Shown: piece after piece, positions 9,083-20,648 of the stretch | Position numbering within the stretch: the stretch's first letter is position 1 | How the letters are laid out: each line of letters opens with the position of its first letter | DNA from: an uncultured Actinomycetes bacterium | GTDB lineage: Bacteria; SZUA-79; Acidulodesulfobacterales; Acidulodesulfobacteraceae | NCBI GenBank assembly: GCA_964631685.1 | Contig: CAZVZU010000009.1 | Location: 1-64,000, forward strand | Direction of reading: 5' to 3' | DNA length: 64,000 nucleotides | The notes under the pieces: generated by a model | Told to the model about the DNA's origin: nothing | Databases searched by the model: none | The model's input: the letters and a program-made list of their open reading frames with translations, nothing else | Position numbers and translations under genes: made by a program

Positions 9083-10243
9083 TTAATCCGCCTGCTTCCT
9101 TAAAAATGTAGGTATATCATATTTTTCACTATCATAATCGTCGTCTTCCATGTCCTCAAACCGATCAGCAAGATGTTCGTCATTATCCTTTTTATCAACA
9201 CCTTGCATCAACGTGTTTGTGTCCTTCGTTATATTTATATTTTTGGTATTGGTTATATCGGGAATTTGAACAGGAACGATACGCGGCTCGCTTCCAAACC
9301 CGGTGGCTATAACTGTCAGCATCATCTTGTCGCCCATCGCCTCATCTATTACTGCGCCGAATATAATATTCGCATCCGGATGAGCCTCTGCTTTAATCCT
9401 TTCTGCAGCCTCGTTCACATCATAAAGCGTCATAGCCGGACCGCCGGCAACATTAATAAGCAATCCTCTTGCGCCTTCTATGCTTATATCCTCAAGTAGC
9501 GGGCTTGAAATAGCCTTCTGCGCGGCTTCCAATGCTTTATTGTCCCCCTCTGCCACCCCTGTGCCCATCAGTGCCATTCCCATCTCGGACATTATAGTCT
9601 TGACATCTGCAAAATCAACATTAACGATACCATGAATATTTATTAAGTCTGAAATACCCTTAACGGCTTGAAGGAGGACCTCGTCAACATTTTTAAACGC
9701 ATCAATCATGGAAGTAGACTTTCCGGAAACTGCCAAAAGTCTCTGATTCGGTATCGTTATTACGGTGTCAACGACAGACTTAAGCGCCGCAAGCCCTTCT
9801 TCTGCCTGTCTCATTCTCTTATTACCCTCAAAAACAAACGGTTTGGTAACAACGGCAACCGTTAATGCCCCGATCTTCTTTGCTATCTCGGCAATTACCG
9901 GAGCGCCGCCAGTTCCGGTGCCGCCGCCAAGCCCCGCGGTTATAAAAATCATATCAGAGCCATCTAAAATCTCATATATCCTGTCTTTAACCTCAATGGC
10001 AGATTGTTTGCCGATCTCAGGATTCGCTCCCGCTCCAAGTCCTTTTGTGATTTTTTCTCCGAGTTGTATCTTTACATTGGCGACACTAGCCTTTAACGCT
10101 TGGGCATCCGTATTAGCAATGACGAACTCTGCTCCGGATAAATTAGTCTTTATCATGTTGTCAACGGCATTGCTGCCACCACCGCCAACGCCCACTACCT
10201 TTATCTTTGCCGATAATTCATTGTTTTCTACGAATTCTAACAT
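9083..10243 (-). CDS. ftsZ: Cell division protein FtsZ
   Basis: [19 protein letters not shown] tubulin motif, C-terminal DIPTFLRK. Confidence 0.99.
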   Translation of the reverse strand: MLEFVENNELSAKIKVVGVGGGGSNAVDNMIKTNLSGAEFVIANTDAQALKASVANVKIQLGEKITKGLGAGANPEIGKQSAIEVKDRIYEILDGSDMIFITAGLGGGTGTGGAPVIAEIAKKIGALTVAVVTKPFVFEGNKRMRQAEEGLAALKSVVDTVITIPNQRLLAVSGKSTSMIDAFKNVDEVLLQAVKGISDLINIHGIVNVDFADVKTIMSEMGMALMGTGVAEGDNKALEAAQKAISSPLLEDISIEGARGLLINVAGGPAMTLYDVNEAAERIKAEAHPDANIIFGAVIDEAMGDKMMLTVIATGFGSEPRIVPVQIPDITNTKNINITKDTNTLMQGVDKKDNDEHLADRFEDMEDDDYDSEKYDIPTFLRKQAD

Positions 10244-10305
10244 GGTTACCTCCCTTGTATGCTTTATGTGTATGCCTATTATTTAAGTTGATAATAAATA
10301 TCTTA

Positions 10306-11538
10306 TTAAAAAAATTCATCCAACAGTTTCATGAACATCTGTTTTATAGATTCAAAAATATTTCTTTCTCCTTTTCTAAACTTAGTTGCCCTATTTTTAT
10401 TGCTTTTAAAGGCGTATTTAACAAGTCCTACCCCCGTTGAATATATGGGAGAATTTACAACATCCGTTAAGCCTCCGGTATTAAGCGGCAGCCCTATCCT
10501 GACCGGGGCATTAAATATATCCACTGCTAATTCAGAGCAGCCATCGATCAAGGCTGCTCCTCCGGTTATAACATATCCTGATAAAACCTTGCTTTCAAGT
10601 CCATTTTTTTCAATATTTTTTCTAACCCATGTGAAAATCTCTCCCATCCTCTGCTCTATAATATTACCGAGAAGCTGCCTTGATATTGACCGCGGGGGCC
10701 TACCTCCAAACCCCGGAATCTCAATTATTTCATCTTTTCCCGCGAGAGACTCCATAGCTATGCCAAACTTCAACTTTATCTTTTCGGCATCCAAGGGAAC
10801 GGTTTTAGTTCCAAGAGATACATCGCTCGTAATACTTTGCCCCCCCTTAGGGATGACAAATGTGTGCACAATGGTCCCACCCGAAAATATTGCAACATCG
10901 GTAGTCCCTCCGCCAATATCGATCAATGTGGCTCCTAATTCTTTTTCATCCTCGGTCAAGACAGCCTCGCTTGAAGCAATTTGCTCAAGAATTATATCGG
11001 ATACATCAAGTCCCGCCTTGTTTGCGCACTTTACTATATTTTGAACAGCTATGCTAGATGCAGAAACTATATGGACGCGCGCCTCAAGCCTTAAACCGCT
11101 CATCCCCACGGGGTGCCTTATGTCATCTTGGTCATCAACGATAAACTCTTGCGGAATTACGTGTATCACCTCGCTTTCAAGCGGTATCGCTATAGTTTTA
11201 GCCGCAGATATAACCCTATCTACATCCTGTTTGGCAACTTCCCTGCTCTTTACCGCCACAATGCCCTTGGAATTCAGGCCTCGTATGTGTGAACCGGCGA
11301 TACCAACGACAACACTTTGTATTTGGTATCCTGCCATAAGCTCCGCCTCTTCCACAGCCTTGGTAATTGAGTCTACAGTATTTTCAATATTGACGACAAC
11401 TCCGTTTTTAAGCCCGGCAGAACTACTTGAACCCACCCCTATTATTTCGAGCCGGTTTTCTTTTACCTCGGCAACTATTGCGCAGACCTTAGTCGTTCCA
11501 ATATCTAACCCTACAATGATATTGTCGCTCTTTTCCAA
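10306..11538 (-). CDS. ftsA: Cell division protein FtsA
   Basis: GLDIGTTKV, IDIGGGTTD, ITGGAA, C-terminal amphipathic helix. Confidence 0.98.
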   Translation of the reverse strand: MEKSDNIIVGLDIGTTKVCAIVAEVKENRLEIIGVGSSSSAGLKNGVVVNIENTVDSITKAVEEAELMAGYQIQSVVVGIAGSHIRGLNSKGIVAVKSREVAKQDVDRVISAAKTIAIPLESEVIHVIPQEFIVDDQDDIRHPVGMSGLRLEARVHIVSASSIAVQNIVKCANKAGLDVSDIILEQIASSEAVLTEDEKELGATLIDIGGGTTDVAIFSGGTIVHTFVIPKGGQSITSDVSLGTKTVPLDAEKIKLKFGIAMESLAGKDEIIEIPGFGGRPPRSISRQLLGNIIEQRMGEIFTWVRKNIEKNGLESKVLSGYVITGGAALIDGCSELAVDIFNAPVRIGLPLNTGGLTDVVNSPIYSTGVGLVKYAFKSNKNRATKFRKGERNIFESIKQMFMKLLDEFF

Positions 11539-11594
11539 TTTAACCCCTGTTTATTTCTATTATTGTTATTAAGTCAGGTATCTACATACCCTAA

Positions 11595-12455
11595 TTATTT
11601 AAAAATATCAGGCGGTATTACAGCCTTCTTATAGCCTGGGGGTAAAACCCTGTACCCACGATTCACGTTTATGACCGCCTCGTTTTTATATTCCAAATTA
11701 ATATATTGTCCATATTTAAGATGCATTCTGTTGATTTCATAAAATAATTTTTTAAGTATTTTTAATTTTTTTCCATACTCACCTACGCCAAACTTTACCA
11801 TTGTGCCATCATGCATATAAACTATAATTCCGTCGTCACTTTCTAAATGCACCTCGCCGATGCGATGGGAAACAACAGAAGACCTTGCAATACTTAAAAA
11901 ATACAAGGCATATTTTATTTTGTTAAGATAATTACCGCGACCATCCTTTCCTAAACCCGTGATGACGGGGTAATTATAACCTTTTGTCATATTGGCCATT
12001 CCCATAACATATCCACTTTTGCTTATATAATATAAATTTCCTCTGCTTATTATTGCAAAAATATCTCTCTTTTGCAGAACAATAACCACCCTATCGGGAT
12101 ATTTTTTATAAATCGTCACATTCTTAATCCATCTATCGGATGCAATCAACCTTGAAACTAATCTTAAATTAATACTGAATAAATTTTCCCCCCTAAATAA
12201 GCCCGATAACTTTAAAATCTTTAATTTTTCCTGATAACCTATACCCTTTTCTACTATGGTTATTTTTTTGAGAATAAATATTTTTTTTTTATAAATAAAG
12301 TAGTTATACGCTTTGTACCCGAAAAAACCTACAACCAAAATAATGACCGTTACCCCGATGATATAAGCATATTTTAAAAAATATCTGCCATTAAATCCCT
12401 TGATCTTTTTTCTTGTACCGCTCCTTTTTTTATTCTTACTTTTCGATAATTGCAT
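11595..12455 (-). CDS. ftsQ: Cell division protein FtsQ/DivIB
   Basis: Basic N-terminus, single TM, POTRA-like region (WIKNVTIYKKYPD), position between ddl and ftsA. Confidence 0.85.
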   Translation of the reverse strand: MQLSKSKNKKRSGTRKKIKGFNGRYFLKYAYIIGVTVIILVVGFFGYKAYNYFIYKKKIFILKKITIVEKGIGYQEKLKILKLSGLFRGENLFSINLRLVSRLIASDRWIKNVTIYKKYPDRVVIVLQKRDIFAIISRGNLYYISKSGYVMGMANMTKGYNYPVITGLGKDGRGNYLNKIKYALYFLSIARSSVVSHRIGEVHLESDDGIIVYMHDGTMVKFGVGEYGKKLKILKKLFYEINRMHLKYGQYINLEYKNEAVINVNRGYRVLPPGYKKAVIPPDIFK

Positions 12456-13377
12456 CTTCTATAATATCTTCTATTAACTCATTAAAACTTATACCCCTAT
12501 TTTCGGCAATCATCGGAACAATGCTAAGTTCGGTGAGCCCTGGAAGAGTGTTAATTTCAAGCACATAGGCATCCCCTTTATCATTAAGCATAATGTCTGT
12601 TCTTGAAACCCCCTTGCATCCAATAAGTTCATGTGCACCGATGGCGGCAGATTCGCACGCGCTGTATTCTTCCTCACTTAAAATGGGGTCTAGTACATAC
12701 TGGGTTTGTCCCTTTGTATACTTAGCGTTATAGGAATAAAAAGTATCATCCGGTTTCACTTCCACGCACCCAAGCGGCTTTCCCGAAACCACGGCAAATT
12801 GTATCTCCCTGCCCTTTATATATTCCTCCACTAGTACTTTATCGTCATATTTAAATGCATTATTTAACGCAATATTAAGTTCATCCCCTGCAGAACCGAC
12901 GATCTGGCAACCTATGCTTGACCCTGAAGAATTTGGCTTAATAAAATAGGGTGGATCAAATTGGCTAAACTTGTCTTCAAGGACATCGCTTTTCTTGCCA
13001 CTGCTTTCATCTTTTCCGACCAAAAAGAACCGAGGAGTTTTTAACCCATAATAATTAAGTATTATCTTTGATGTCGCCTTATTCATAGCAACGGCGCTAG
13101 CTTCCAACCCTGACCCCGTATAAGGAATGCCTGATAAATCAAGGGCGCCCTGCACCCTTCCGTCCTCTCCGAAGGTTCCGTGAAGGGCAATAAAACATAC
13201 ATTCATTTTTTTTAAATTTTTGTCAAAATTCTCATCTAAATCGAATGAAAAAACGTTATATCCCATTTCCGTCAAAGCGTTCAGAACAGCACTGCCGGTT
13301 TTGAGAGACACTTCTCTCTCGGCAGACCTCCCTCCCGTTAAAACACCGATTCGCAAATTTTTTAAATTATCTTTCAT
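12436..13377 (-). CDS. ddl: D-alanine--D-alanine ligase
   Basis: GGRSAEREVSL, LHGTFGEDG, KP...GSS, EEYIKGRE, LEINTLPG. Start placed at ATG 13377. Confidence 0.97.
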   Translation of the reverse strand: MKDNLKNLRIGVLTGGRSAEREVSLKTGSAVLNALTEMGYNVFSFDLDENFDKNLKKMNVCFIALHGTFGEDGRVQGALDLSGIPYTGSGLEASAVAMNKATSKIILNYYGLKTPRFFLVGKDESSGKKSDVLEDKFSQFDPPYFIKPNSSGSSIGCQIVGSAGDELNIALNNAFKYDDKVLVEEYIKGREIQFAVVSGKPLGCVEVKPDDTFYSYNAKYTKGQTQYVLDPILSEEEYSACESAAIGAHELIGCKGVSRTDIMLNDKGDAYVLEINTLPGLTELSIVPMIAENRGISFNELIEDIIEDAIIEK

Positions 13378-13397
13378 TTTAATTCCAGTATTAAAAC

Positions 13398-14345
13398 CTA
13401 TATCATTTTTATTTCCGTACTTAATGTTATACCTTTCCTCAGTAATACTGTTTTCTGAATACTTTCGATTAATTCGAGAACATCCTCTGCACAAGCTCCG
13501 CCTTTATTTATTATAAAGTTGGCATGCTTGTCCGAAATAGATGCATTCCCGCTGGAAAAACCCTTGAATCCGATCTCCTCAATAATTTTGCCGGCTGAGA
13601 TGTCTGATGGATTTTTGAATATGCAACCTAAAGAATGCCGACCTAACGGTTGACTTGATTTTCTTTTCTTAAAAATCTTTATATTTTTCAATATATTCGG
13701 TCTATCCGAACCGACTAACGATAATGTTGCCCCAGTAATAAAATAATTTTCATTATCAACATCAACACCAAAATTACGATATGAAAATTTCAGATCTTTT
13801 TTTTCTATATTTAGCTTGACCCCATCTTTGGTAATAATATCCACATTTTCCACTATGTTACCAATAACATTTTCCTTTGATCCTGCATTCATCTTGATAG
13901 CCCCGCCTATGGTACCCGGAATTCCAAAGAAAAATTCACATCCGCTTAAACAATTCTTTATAGCATAATTTAGAACTTGTGATAATGTAACACCGGAACC
14001 GATCCTTAAATGTGTGCTAGATACAAGATTGACATTTTTTTTCTCCGAAGAATTTATTTCTTGTATGTGCGAAAACCCCTTCTTAAAAGATATAATAGGG
14101 ACATTAATAAATCTGTTCTTGAAAAGCGTGTTCGTCCCTCTCCCTATTATCACGTAATCCTTTGAATTATTTCTTAACAGATCTATCACAAAAAGCAAAT
14201 CATGTTCGTCCCTCGGAAAAATAATCACATCACAGTCGCCGCCTATTTTGATAGATGTATATAAAGACAAAGATTCATTCTCAATGAACTCTACATCCTT
14301 TTCCCTTAAACCACTTATTATTATGCCTAAATCATTATTATTCAT
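13398..14345 (-). CDS. murB: UDP-N-acetylmuramate dehydrogenase
   Basis: IKIGG, GRGTN, GIPGTIGGAIKMNAG, GCIFKNP, HANFIIN. Confidence 0.96.
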   Translation of the reverse strand: MNNNDLGIIISGLREKDVEFIENESLSLYTSIKIGGDCDVIIFPRDEHDLLFVIDLLRNNSKDYVIIGRGTNTLFKNRFINVPIISFKKGFSHIQEINSSEKKNVNLVSSTHLRIGSGVTLSQVLNYAIKNCLSGCEFFFGIPGTIGGAIKMNAGSKENVIGNIVENVDIITKDGVKLNIEKKDLKFSYRNFGVDVDNENYFITGATLSLVGSDRPNILKNIKIFKKRKSSQPLGRHSLGCIFKNPSDISAGKIIEEIGFKGFSSGNASISDKHANFIINKGGACAEDVLELIESIQKTVLLRKGITLSTEIKMI

Positions 14346-14373
14346 ATAATATATATAATTAAACGTTTAAAAA

Positions 14374-15807
14374 TTAGACTGCCTCGCCTAAGGATGACCG
14401 TCTATCACGACCCGCCATGCTAAATTTTATCTCAGTAGCTTTATTCCTGCTACCGCTAACAAATTCGTCACAGCTTTTTGTTATATCGCCTGCGCCCATA
14501 AATATGACCATCTCTCCGCCTTTTAAAATGCTCGTCAAGCTAGACGGTATATCATTTTTATTCGGAATGTAATAAACACTTTTATGCCCGGCATGACGAA
14601 TCTTTTCGCTTAGCGCAAGGGATGACACTCCCTCTATTGCGGTTTCTCCTGCCGAATAAACATCGGTAATTACGATAATATCAGCAATTTTCAACGCAAC
14701 TACAAAATCTTCCATTAAATTTTTTACCCTAGAATACCTATGCGGTTGAAAAACGGCAACTAAATGTCTGCTCCAATTTTTAGCCGCCTTAAGCGTAGCC
14801 GTTATTTCTACGGGGTGATGAGCATAATCATCCACGACTATCAATTTATCGTCTTCCTTCTTAATCTGAAATCTTCTTTCGACCCCGTGAAAATTCTTTA
14901 GCGCCTTCTGGATATATGCTACCTTTATTCCTAGCTCAGTCGCCAACGTTATCGCCGCAAGAGCGTTATAAATATTATATATTCCCGGTACAAAAAGATT
15001 AAATTTACCTATAAGTTTACCCTTGGAATAGGCGTCAAAAACAGAGGCATTCTTCTCAAGCGCTATATTTAAGGCATAGTAATCAGCTTTATGTTCTATC
15101 CCGTAGGTAAAATATTTTTTATTAATTTCTGGAAAAATAGACTCTAATAATGGATTGTCTGCGCACAACACCGCAAAACCAAAAAAAAGGATATTATTCA
15201 CAAACTCCTTAAAGGCTAGTTTTAAATTTTCTATATTGCCGTGATAACATAAATGTTCATTATCTATGTTCGTGACAACACAATAATCAGGCTTAAGTTT
15301 TAAAAATGAACCATCGCTTTCGTCCGCCTCTACTACCATAAAATTGCCCTTCCCCACCCTTGAATGCATGCCTATTCCGAAAACCTTTCCCCCGACAACA
15401 AAGGTCGGGTCAAGCCCCGCTTCTGCAAATATATTGGATATCATTGATGTCGTCGTCGTTTTTCCATGAGACCCTGCAATGGCAATTCCCTGTTTTAAGG
15501 ATAGGAGCTCGGCAAGCATCTCTGCGCGTCCTAATACCGTAAGTTTGTTAGCTTTAGCACACATAAGTTCAACATTATCATCTTTAATTGCAGCAGAATA
15601 GACCACAACCTCTGAGCCTTTTATATTATTTGAATCATGCCCTATAAAGACTTTTCCGCCAATAGATTCTACCTTTTCGATCGTCTTGCTATGCTCTATG
15701 TCCGAACCGGTTACCGTGTAACCGGAATTGATAAGCACTTCGGCTATACCGCTCATACCTGAACCACCAATACCAATCAAATGAACCCTTTTGACGCCCT
15801 TTTTCAT
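14374..15807 (-). CDS. murC: UDP-N-acetylmuramate--L-alanine ligase
   Basis: GIGGSGMSG, GSHGKTTT, EADESD, DDYAHHP, FQPHRY. Confidence 0.98.
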   Translation of the reverse strand: MKKGVKRVHLIGIGGSGMSGIAEVLINSGYTVTGSDIEHSKTIEKVESIGGKVFIGHDSNNIKGSEVVVYSAAIKDDNVELMCAKANKLTVLGRAEMLAELLSLKQGIAIAGSHGKTTTTSMISNIFAEAGLDPTFVVGGKVFGIGMHSRVGKGNFMVVEADESDGSFLKLKPDYCVVTNIDNEHLCYHGNIENLKLAFKEFVNNILFFGFAVLCADNPLLESIFPEINKKYFTYGIEHKADYYALNIALEKNASVFDAYSKGKLIGKFNLFVPGIYNIYNALAAITLATELGIKVAYIQKALKNFHGVERRFQIKKEDDKLIVVDDYAHHPVEITATLKAAKNWSRHLVAVFQPHRYSRVKNLMEDFVVALKIADIIVITDVYSAGETAIEGVSSLALSEKIRHAGHKSVYYIPNKNDIPSSLTSILKGGEMVIFMGAGDITKSCDEFVSGSRNKATEIKFSMAGRDRRSSLGEAV

Positions 15808-15840
15808 TCTAATGCTCCCTAAGTTTTAATTGACTTAATT

Positions 15841-16944
15841 TCAACTTTTGTCCAAAATTATACCGACTATCTTTGAAACTGAATCCCTAATTTCTATTTT
15901 TTTTATGCTATTACGCATATTATTTAATAACTTTCTATTATAGAATATTTTATCAATAGTTTGTAATAATTCTTCAGGAAGATTTTTATCATCTTTTGCA
16001 ATATAGAAACAGCCTTTTCTCAAAAAAACCGATGCATTTTTTTCTTGGTGTTTTTTAGTAGCATACGGATAAGGCACTAAAATTGCAGGCATCCTCATGA
16101 CTATTAGCTCCGATATGGTTCCAGCACCGGAACGAGATATCACAACATCGCTTTTTACATAGTAATCCGCTATATTTTTCGTAAATGCGAAAACTTCAAA
16201 TTTTTCAATGGCGATTCCGCTGTTGTTGTAAAAATTTTTAACTGACTCGTAATCTCTATCACCGGTTTGATGAAATATCGTCAAATTCTTCAAGATATCA
16301 TTGCTTAATAGTGACAACATGCTCATAACCGCCTTATTGAGCGAGGAAGCGCCCTGAGAACCGCCAAAAATAAAGACGGAAAGCCCTTTTTTAGCCTTAT
16401 TTCCTGAAATACTGTTTAAATTAATATCGGCTGCATCTAAAACATTTTTTCTAACAGGATTTCCCGTAATTACAACCCTAGAAAGAGGCAAATATTTTTT
16501 TGTCTCTTCAAAGGATGCAAAAATGGTAACACCCAAAAGTCCTAATAATCTATTGGAAAGCCCCGGCGCAACATTCTGTTCCATTACTCCGCCCCTTATA
16601 CCTCTTAACTTGGCCATAATAAGCGGTACAAAAGATATATAACCACCCAAACCAAGAACAAATTCAGGTTTTGTCCTTTTATAAATCATATTCATGTCTT
16701 TTGCGGCTTTAAAGAGACCTTTTATTGACTTAATTTTATTCATAAGACTTTTTCCCGAAAAACCCTTAACGTTTATTGTAAATAGCTCAAAACCATAATC
16801 ATCTTTAATCCTGCTTTCTATCCCTTTTTCTGTTCCCACAAAGTAGGTCTTGACATCAGGATTAATATTTTTTAATTTCTCATAAACCGCAATGCCTGGA
16901 AACAAATGCCCCCCTGTACCCCCTCCGGCTATTATAATATTCAT
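15841..16944 (-). CDS. murG: Lipid II GlcNAc transferase MurG
   Basis: GGGTGGHLFP, EQN, GNPVR, GGSQGA, RSGA, HQEKNA. Start placed at ATG 16944. Confidence 0.97.
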   Translation of the reverse strand: MNIIIAGGGTGGHLFPGIAVYEKLKNINPDVKTYFVGTEKGIESRIKDDYGFELFTINVKGFSGKSLMNKIKSIKGLFKAAKDMNMIYKRTKPEFVLGLGGYISFVPLIMAKLRGIRGGVMEQNVAPGLSNRLLGLLGVTIFASFEETKKYLPLSRVVITGNPVRKNVLDAADINLNSISGNKAKKGLSVFIFGGSQGASSLNKAVMSMLSLLSNDILKNLTIFHQTGDRDYESVKNFYNNSGIAIEKFEVFAFTKNIADYYVKSDVVISRSGAGTISELIVMRMPAILVPYPYATKKHQEKNASVFLRKGCFYIAKDDKNLPEELLQTIDKIFYNRKLLNNMRNSIKKIEIRDSVSKIVGIILDKS

Positions 16945-16945
16945 A

Positions 16946-18076
16946 TTATCTATTTTTCCTCTTAACACCTTGCGAAGATATATTCAATAAGATCCCAATC
17001 GCAATGCACGAAGCAAGCATTGAACTTCCACCATAGCTTATAAACGGCAAGGCAAGTCCTTTAGTTGGCAAAGAACCAAGCACCACACCAATATTTATAA
17101 AAGCGCTCAAGGCGATAATAGAGGTGATGCCGTATGCAAGGTATGTTCCGAAAAGATCAGGCGCATTTATGGCAATTTTTAACCCCCTATATGCCAGAAT
17201 CATATAAAGTGTAATAAATAATGCCACACCGACAAACCCCAATTCTTCCCCCACGGTTGAGAATATAAAATCAGAATAGGGGGTTGGTAGAAAAAACAAC
17301 TTTTCCTTACCGTTTCCCAATCCTACGCCGTAAATCCCCCCTCTTGCGAACGCATACATAGACTGTACAATTTGAAAACCTATACCGGTTTTATCATGAA
17401 AAGGGTGAAGAAACGCAAGAATCCGATCCGTTCTATATGTTACTGTAAAAATAAGGAAATATGATCCAATCCCTCCTAATATAACGGTAAGAATAAGATA
17501 CAAGAGAGAAACTCCGCCTGAAAATAGCATAATTATAGTAATAAGAAATAAAATAGACACCGTCCCAAAATCGGGTTCCTTTAAAAGCAAAATATCTAAA
17601 AAGCCCATGAATATAAGCGGGCTTATAAATATCAAAGAATAACGATTATTATCCAATATATCCTTTTTTCTCTCCAGAAAATTAGCTAAATATATTATAA
17701 AAACAATTTTTAAAAACTCAGAGGGTTCAATACTAAACGCTCTAAAATTCAACCATCTCCTCGATCCGCCCGCGCTGAGCCCTATATGGGGAACAAATAC
17801 CAAAAACATTGCAACTATTATCAAAAATAAAATAATTCCATAAAATGATTTTAATACATGATAATCGTTCCTCATTAAGAATCCGATAAAAAATACGGAT
17901 ACTACAACATATATTATCTGCCTCATTATAAAATGGTAACTTACACCATACTTCACTATTGAGGACATAGCGCTAGTGGAATATACCATGATAAGACCCA
18001 GGGCTATAAGCATGACCGTCGTTAAAAATAATGTTATGTCATACTTTCTTATAAATACTCTTCCGTAATTAATCAT
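16946..18076 (-). CDS. ftsW: SEDS peptidoglycan polymerase FtsW
   Basis: RRW, EPSEFLK, EPDFG, SDFIFS..GEELG, LPFISYGGSS. Confidence 0.97.
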   Translation of the reverse strand: MINYGRVFIRKYDITLFLTTVMLIALGLIMVYSTSAMSSIVKYGVSYHFIMRQIIYVVVSVFFIGFLMRNDYHVLKSFYGIILFLIIVAMFLVFVPHIGLSAGGSRRWLNFRAFSIEPSEFLKIVFIIYLANFLERKKDILDNNRYSLIFISPLIFMGFLDILLLKEPDFGTVSILFLITIIMLFSGGVSLLYLILTVILGGIGSYFLIFTVTYRTDRILAFLHPFHDKTGIGFQIVQSMYAFARGGIYGVGLGNGKEKLFFLPTPYSDFIFSTVGEELGFVGVALFITLYMILAYRGLKIAINAPDLFGTYLAYGITSIIALSAFINIGVVLGSLPTKGLALPFISYGGSSMLASCIAIGILLNISSQGVKRKNR

Positions 18077-18117
18077 AATTGGACTCTTAATAAAATTTTT
18101 AGCAGCCTTTATTTACA

Positions 18118-19581
18118 TCAACAACCAGCATCGCTAAACCCGTCGGTGCGGGCAAGAATAGATATATAGCATTTTTTAAATACGTCTCCCCTTTCGCTAT
18201 AATCCTTAAACATATCAAAACTGGAAGAAGCAGGGGAAAGCACGATTACCCCTTTATTAATTATTTTATTATCGCTCGTTAAATATAAAAATGATTTTTC
18301 AACGGCGTCCTTCATATCGTCCGCCATAATCAACTCAATATGCTCCTTAAGAACATCATATATGGCATTTTTTGTTTCCCCGATTAAAACACATGCCTTT
18401 ATGCTATTTTTTATAGGCTGGGTCAGGCATTTATAATCAAAGCCCTTATCTTTCCCTCCCAGTATGAGCACAATATCCCGGTTGACATCATTATCATTAT
18501 TAAGTGTTCTGATGGCGCTTATAACCGCCGCAGGATTTGTTGCCTTTGAATCGTCATAAAATTCTACGCCGCCTGTATTCCCTAAATATTCAAGCCTATG
18601 TTTCAGTGACCTATGTTCAATGAAGGACGAACGGATAACTTCCGGCGATACTCCCAATAAAGTCAAAGAACAAGCGGCAGCCAACATATCGTAAATAAGA
18701 AACCTGCTTTTATCTTTCGTATTCCCAAGTGGTATCGCAACATCAAAGCCAATGACATCCTTGAATCTTAAGTGAATGGTATTATCTTTGAAATATGCAT
18801 CACACTTACTTTCATTTGAGCCAAACAAGATAGCCCTGGAACCGACAACCCCCTTTAAAATATTCGTATTGTAGTCGTCATAATTTAAAATAGCGACATC
18901 ACTATGCTCAAGATTTTTAAATAATTTATATTTTGTAAGTCTGTATTCGTCAAAATTTTTATACCTATCTAAGTGGTCATCTTCCACATTAAGTAACACC
19001 GCAATGCTAGGTTTAAAATCGTAAATCCACTCAAGCTGAAAACTGGAAACCTCCAGGATAAAATCATCAAAACTTTTTATACCGGAAATAAAAGGAACTC
19101 CGATATTGCCTCCGACAAATGTAGTCTTACTTAAACCTGCCCTACTAACAGCTTCGTCACAAAGGGTAGTTGTCGTCGTTTTCCCATTTGTGCCTGTTAT
19201 AGCTAAAACCTTTGCCTCTTTACGCCCTTTTGACTTTAATGCCTTATAGGCAAATTCGATTTCACTGTAAATTGGAATATTATATTTTTTAAGTTTTAAA
19301 ACCATTTTATGGTCTCTTTCTACGCCTGGACTAATTATGCACTGGGTCATTCCCTCTGATATTTTTGCGGAAAGGACATTGTCATCTATTTTGTTGAAAA
19401 TTGCAGGGGCGCCGTAGCCCCTTGAAACTCCAATTTTGCTAATCTCTTCGTTTGTCAGCGCATCATCGTATATCAATACATCATCGTTAACACCGGGATA
19501 GGAAAGATCGTTGTCCATTGAAGTAATATAATCATAAACCGCCTTCCCCGTTTTACCATAACCCAAGATCAGCGTGTTCAT
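18118..19581 (-). CDS. murD: UDP-MurNAc-L-Ala--D-glutamate ligase
   Basis: SPG, AITGTNGKTTTT, GGNIG, EVSSFQL, DHLDRY, DDSKATN, SPASSSFD. Start ATG 19581 overlaps the mraY stop. Confidence 0.97.
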   Translation of the reverse strand: MNTLILGYGKTGKAVYDYITSMDNDLSYPGVNDDVLIYDDALTNEEISKIGVSRGYGAPAIFNKIDDNVLSAKISEGMTQCIISPGVERDHKMVLKLKKYNIPIYSEIEFAYKALKSKGRKEAKVLAITGTNGKTTTTTLCDEAVSRAGLSKTTFVGGNIGVPFISGIKSFDDFILEVSSFQLEWIYDFKPSIAVLLNVEDDHLDRYKNFDEYRLTKYKLFKNLEHSDVAILNYDDYNTNILKGVVGSRAILFGSNESKCDAYFKDNTIHLRFKDVIGFDVAIPLGNTKDKSRFLIYDMLAAACSLTLLGVSPEVIRSSFIEHRSLKHRLEYLGNTGGVEFYDDSKATNPAAVISAIRTLNNDNDVNRDIVLILGGKDKGFDYKCLTQPIKNSIKACVLIGETKNAIYDVLKEHIELIMADDMKDAVEKSFLYLTSDNKIINKGVIVLSPASSSFDMFKDYSERGDVFKKCYISILARTDGFSDAGC

Positions 19582-20636
19582 TAAAAAATCCTCAATTTCA
19601 AGGTTAATAGGGCAAAAATGGTCAATATTAAAGATATAATCCACAGTCTTATTATAATCTTTGCCTCGTGCATCCCTTTTATTTCAAAATGATGATGTAT
19701 CGGGGCCATCTTAAATATACGTTTCTTTCTTAGTTTATATGAACCCACTTGAAAAATTACACTTAACGCCTCCGAAACAAACACAAATCCTATTACCACA
19801 AGAAGTATCTCTTGCCTTGAAACTATTGATACATAACCTAGAATAGCCCCCAAGGATATTGACCCAACATCCCCCATAAAGACAGATGCAGGATAAGAAT
19901 TAAACCATAGGAAACCAATAGACGCCCCGAACAATGCGGCACATAAAATAACGATTCCACCTATATTTTTTATATACGGTATAGACAAATAGCTTGCAAA
20001 TATATAATTGGAACTTAGGTAAGCAAATACAAGATAGCCGGCAATAGAGATAGCAAAAACACCCACGGCAAGACCGTCAAGCCCATCTGTAAGGTTAACA
20101 GCATTAGAAGTGCCAACAATGATAAACGACGCAAATATAATGAAGTATGGGCCTAAATTTAGATAATAGTCCTTGACGAAGGGAATAACGACGATAGACA
20201 AGGATTCGTCATGCAGATACAGGACAACAGACACTAACAGCGCTACTAAACTCTGTAATGTAAACTTATATTTACCCCTCAACCCCTTGGAAGAACTGCC
20301 TTTTAATTTTAAATAATCATCCGCAAAGCCTATTAATGCATAACAAAAAAGCGTAAATAAGCCTATGTATAGATAAAAATTATAAAGTTTAGTAAATAAT
20401 AATACTGGAATTACAACACTGAAAAGAATCAAAAACCCTCCCATCGTCGGGGTACCCTTTTTTTTCGTTATATGGGATTTTGGACCGTCATCCCTGACAA
20501 TCTGGGAAATATGCATCTTTTTTAAAAATTTAATAAATAATTTGCCAAACGCAATAGATAAAATTAAAGACAAGATTATAGCATAAGACATTCTAGTTGT
20601 AATATGTTCGAAAAAATCATGGTTCAAACTTATCAT
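19581..20636 (-). CDS. mraY: Phospho-MurNAc-pentapeptide transferase
   Basis: KKGTPTMGG, NAVNLTDGLDGL, FMGDVGS, MAPIHHHFE. Confidence 0.98.
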   Translation of the reverse strand: MISLNHDFFEHITTRMSYAIILSLILSIAFGKLFIKFLKKMHISQIVRDDGPKSHITKKKGTPTMGGFLILFSVVIPVLLFTKLYNFYLYIGLFTLFCYALIGFADDYLKLKGSSSKGLRGKYKFTLQSLVALLVSVVLYLHDESLSIVVIPFVKDYYLNLGPYFIIFASFIIVGTSNAVNLTDGLDGLAVGVFAISIAGYLVFAYLSSNYIFASYLSIPYIKNIGGIVILCAALFGASIGFLWFNSYPASVFMGDVGSISLGAILGYVSIVSRQEILLVVIGFVFVSEALSVIFQVGSYKLRKKRIFKMAPIHHHFEIKGMHEAKIIIRLWIISLILTIFALLTLKLRIF

Positions 20637-20648
20637 AAATATTTCCCC

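Noticed and set aside
12281..12290. T10 homopolymer in ftsQ as a phase-variation tract
   Set aside because: In frame (poly-Lys codons) in an essential gene of an AT-rich genome.
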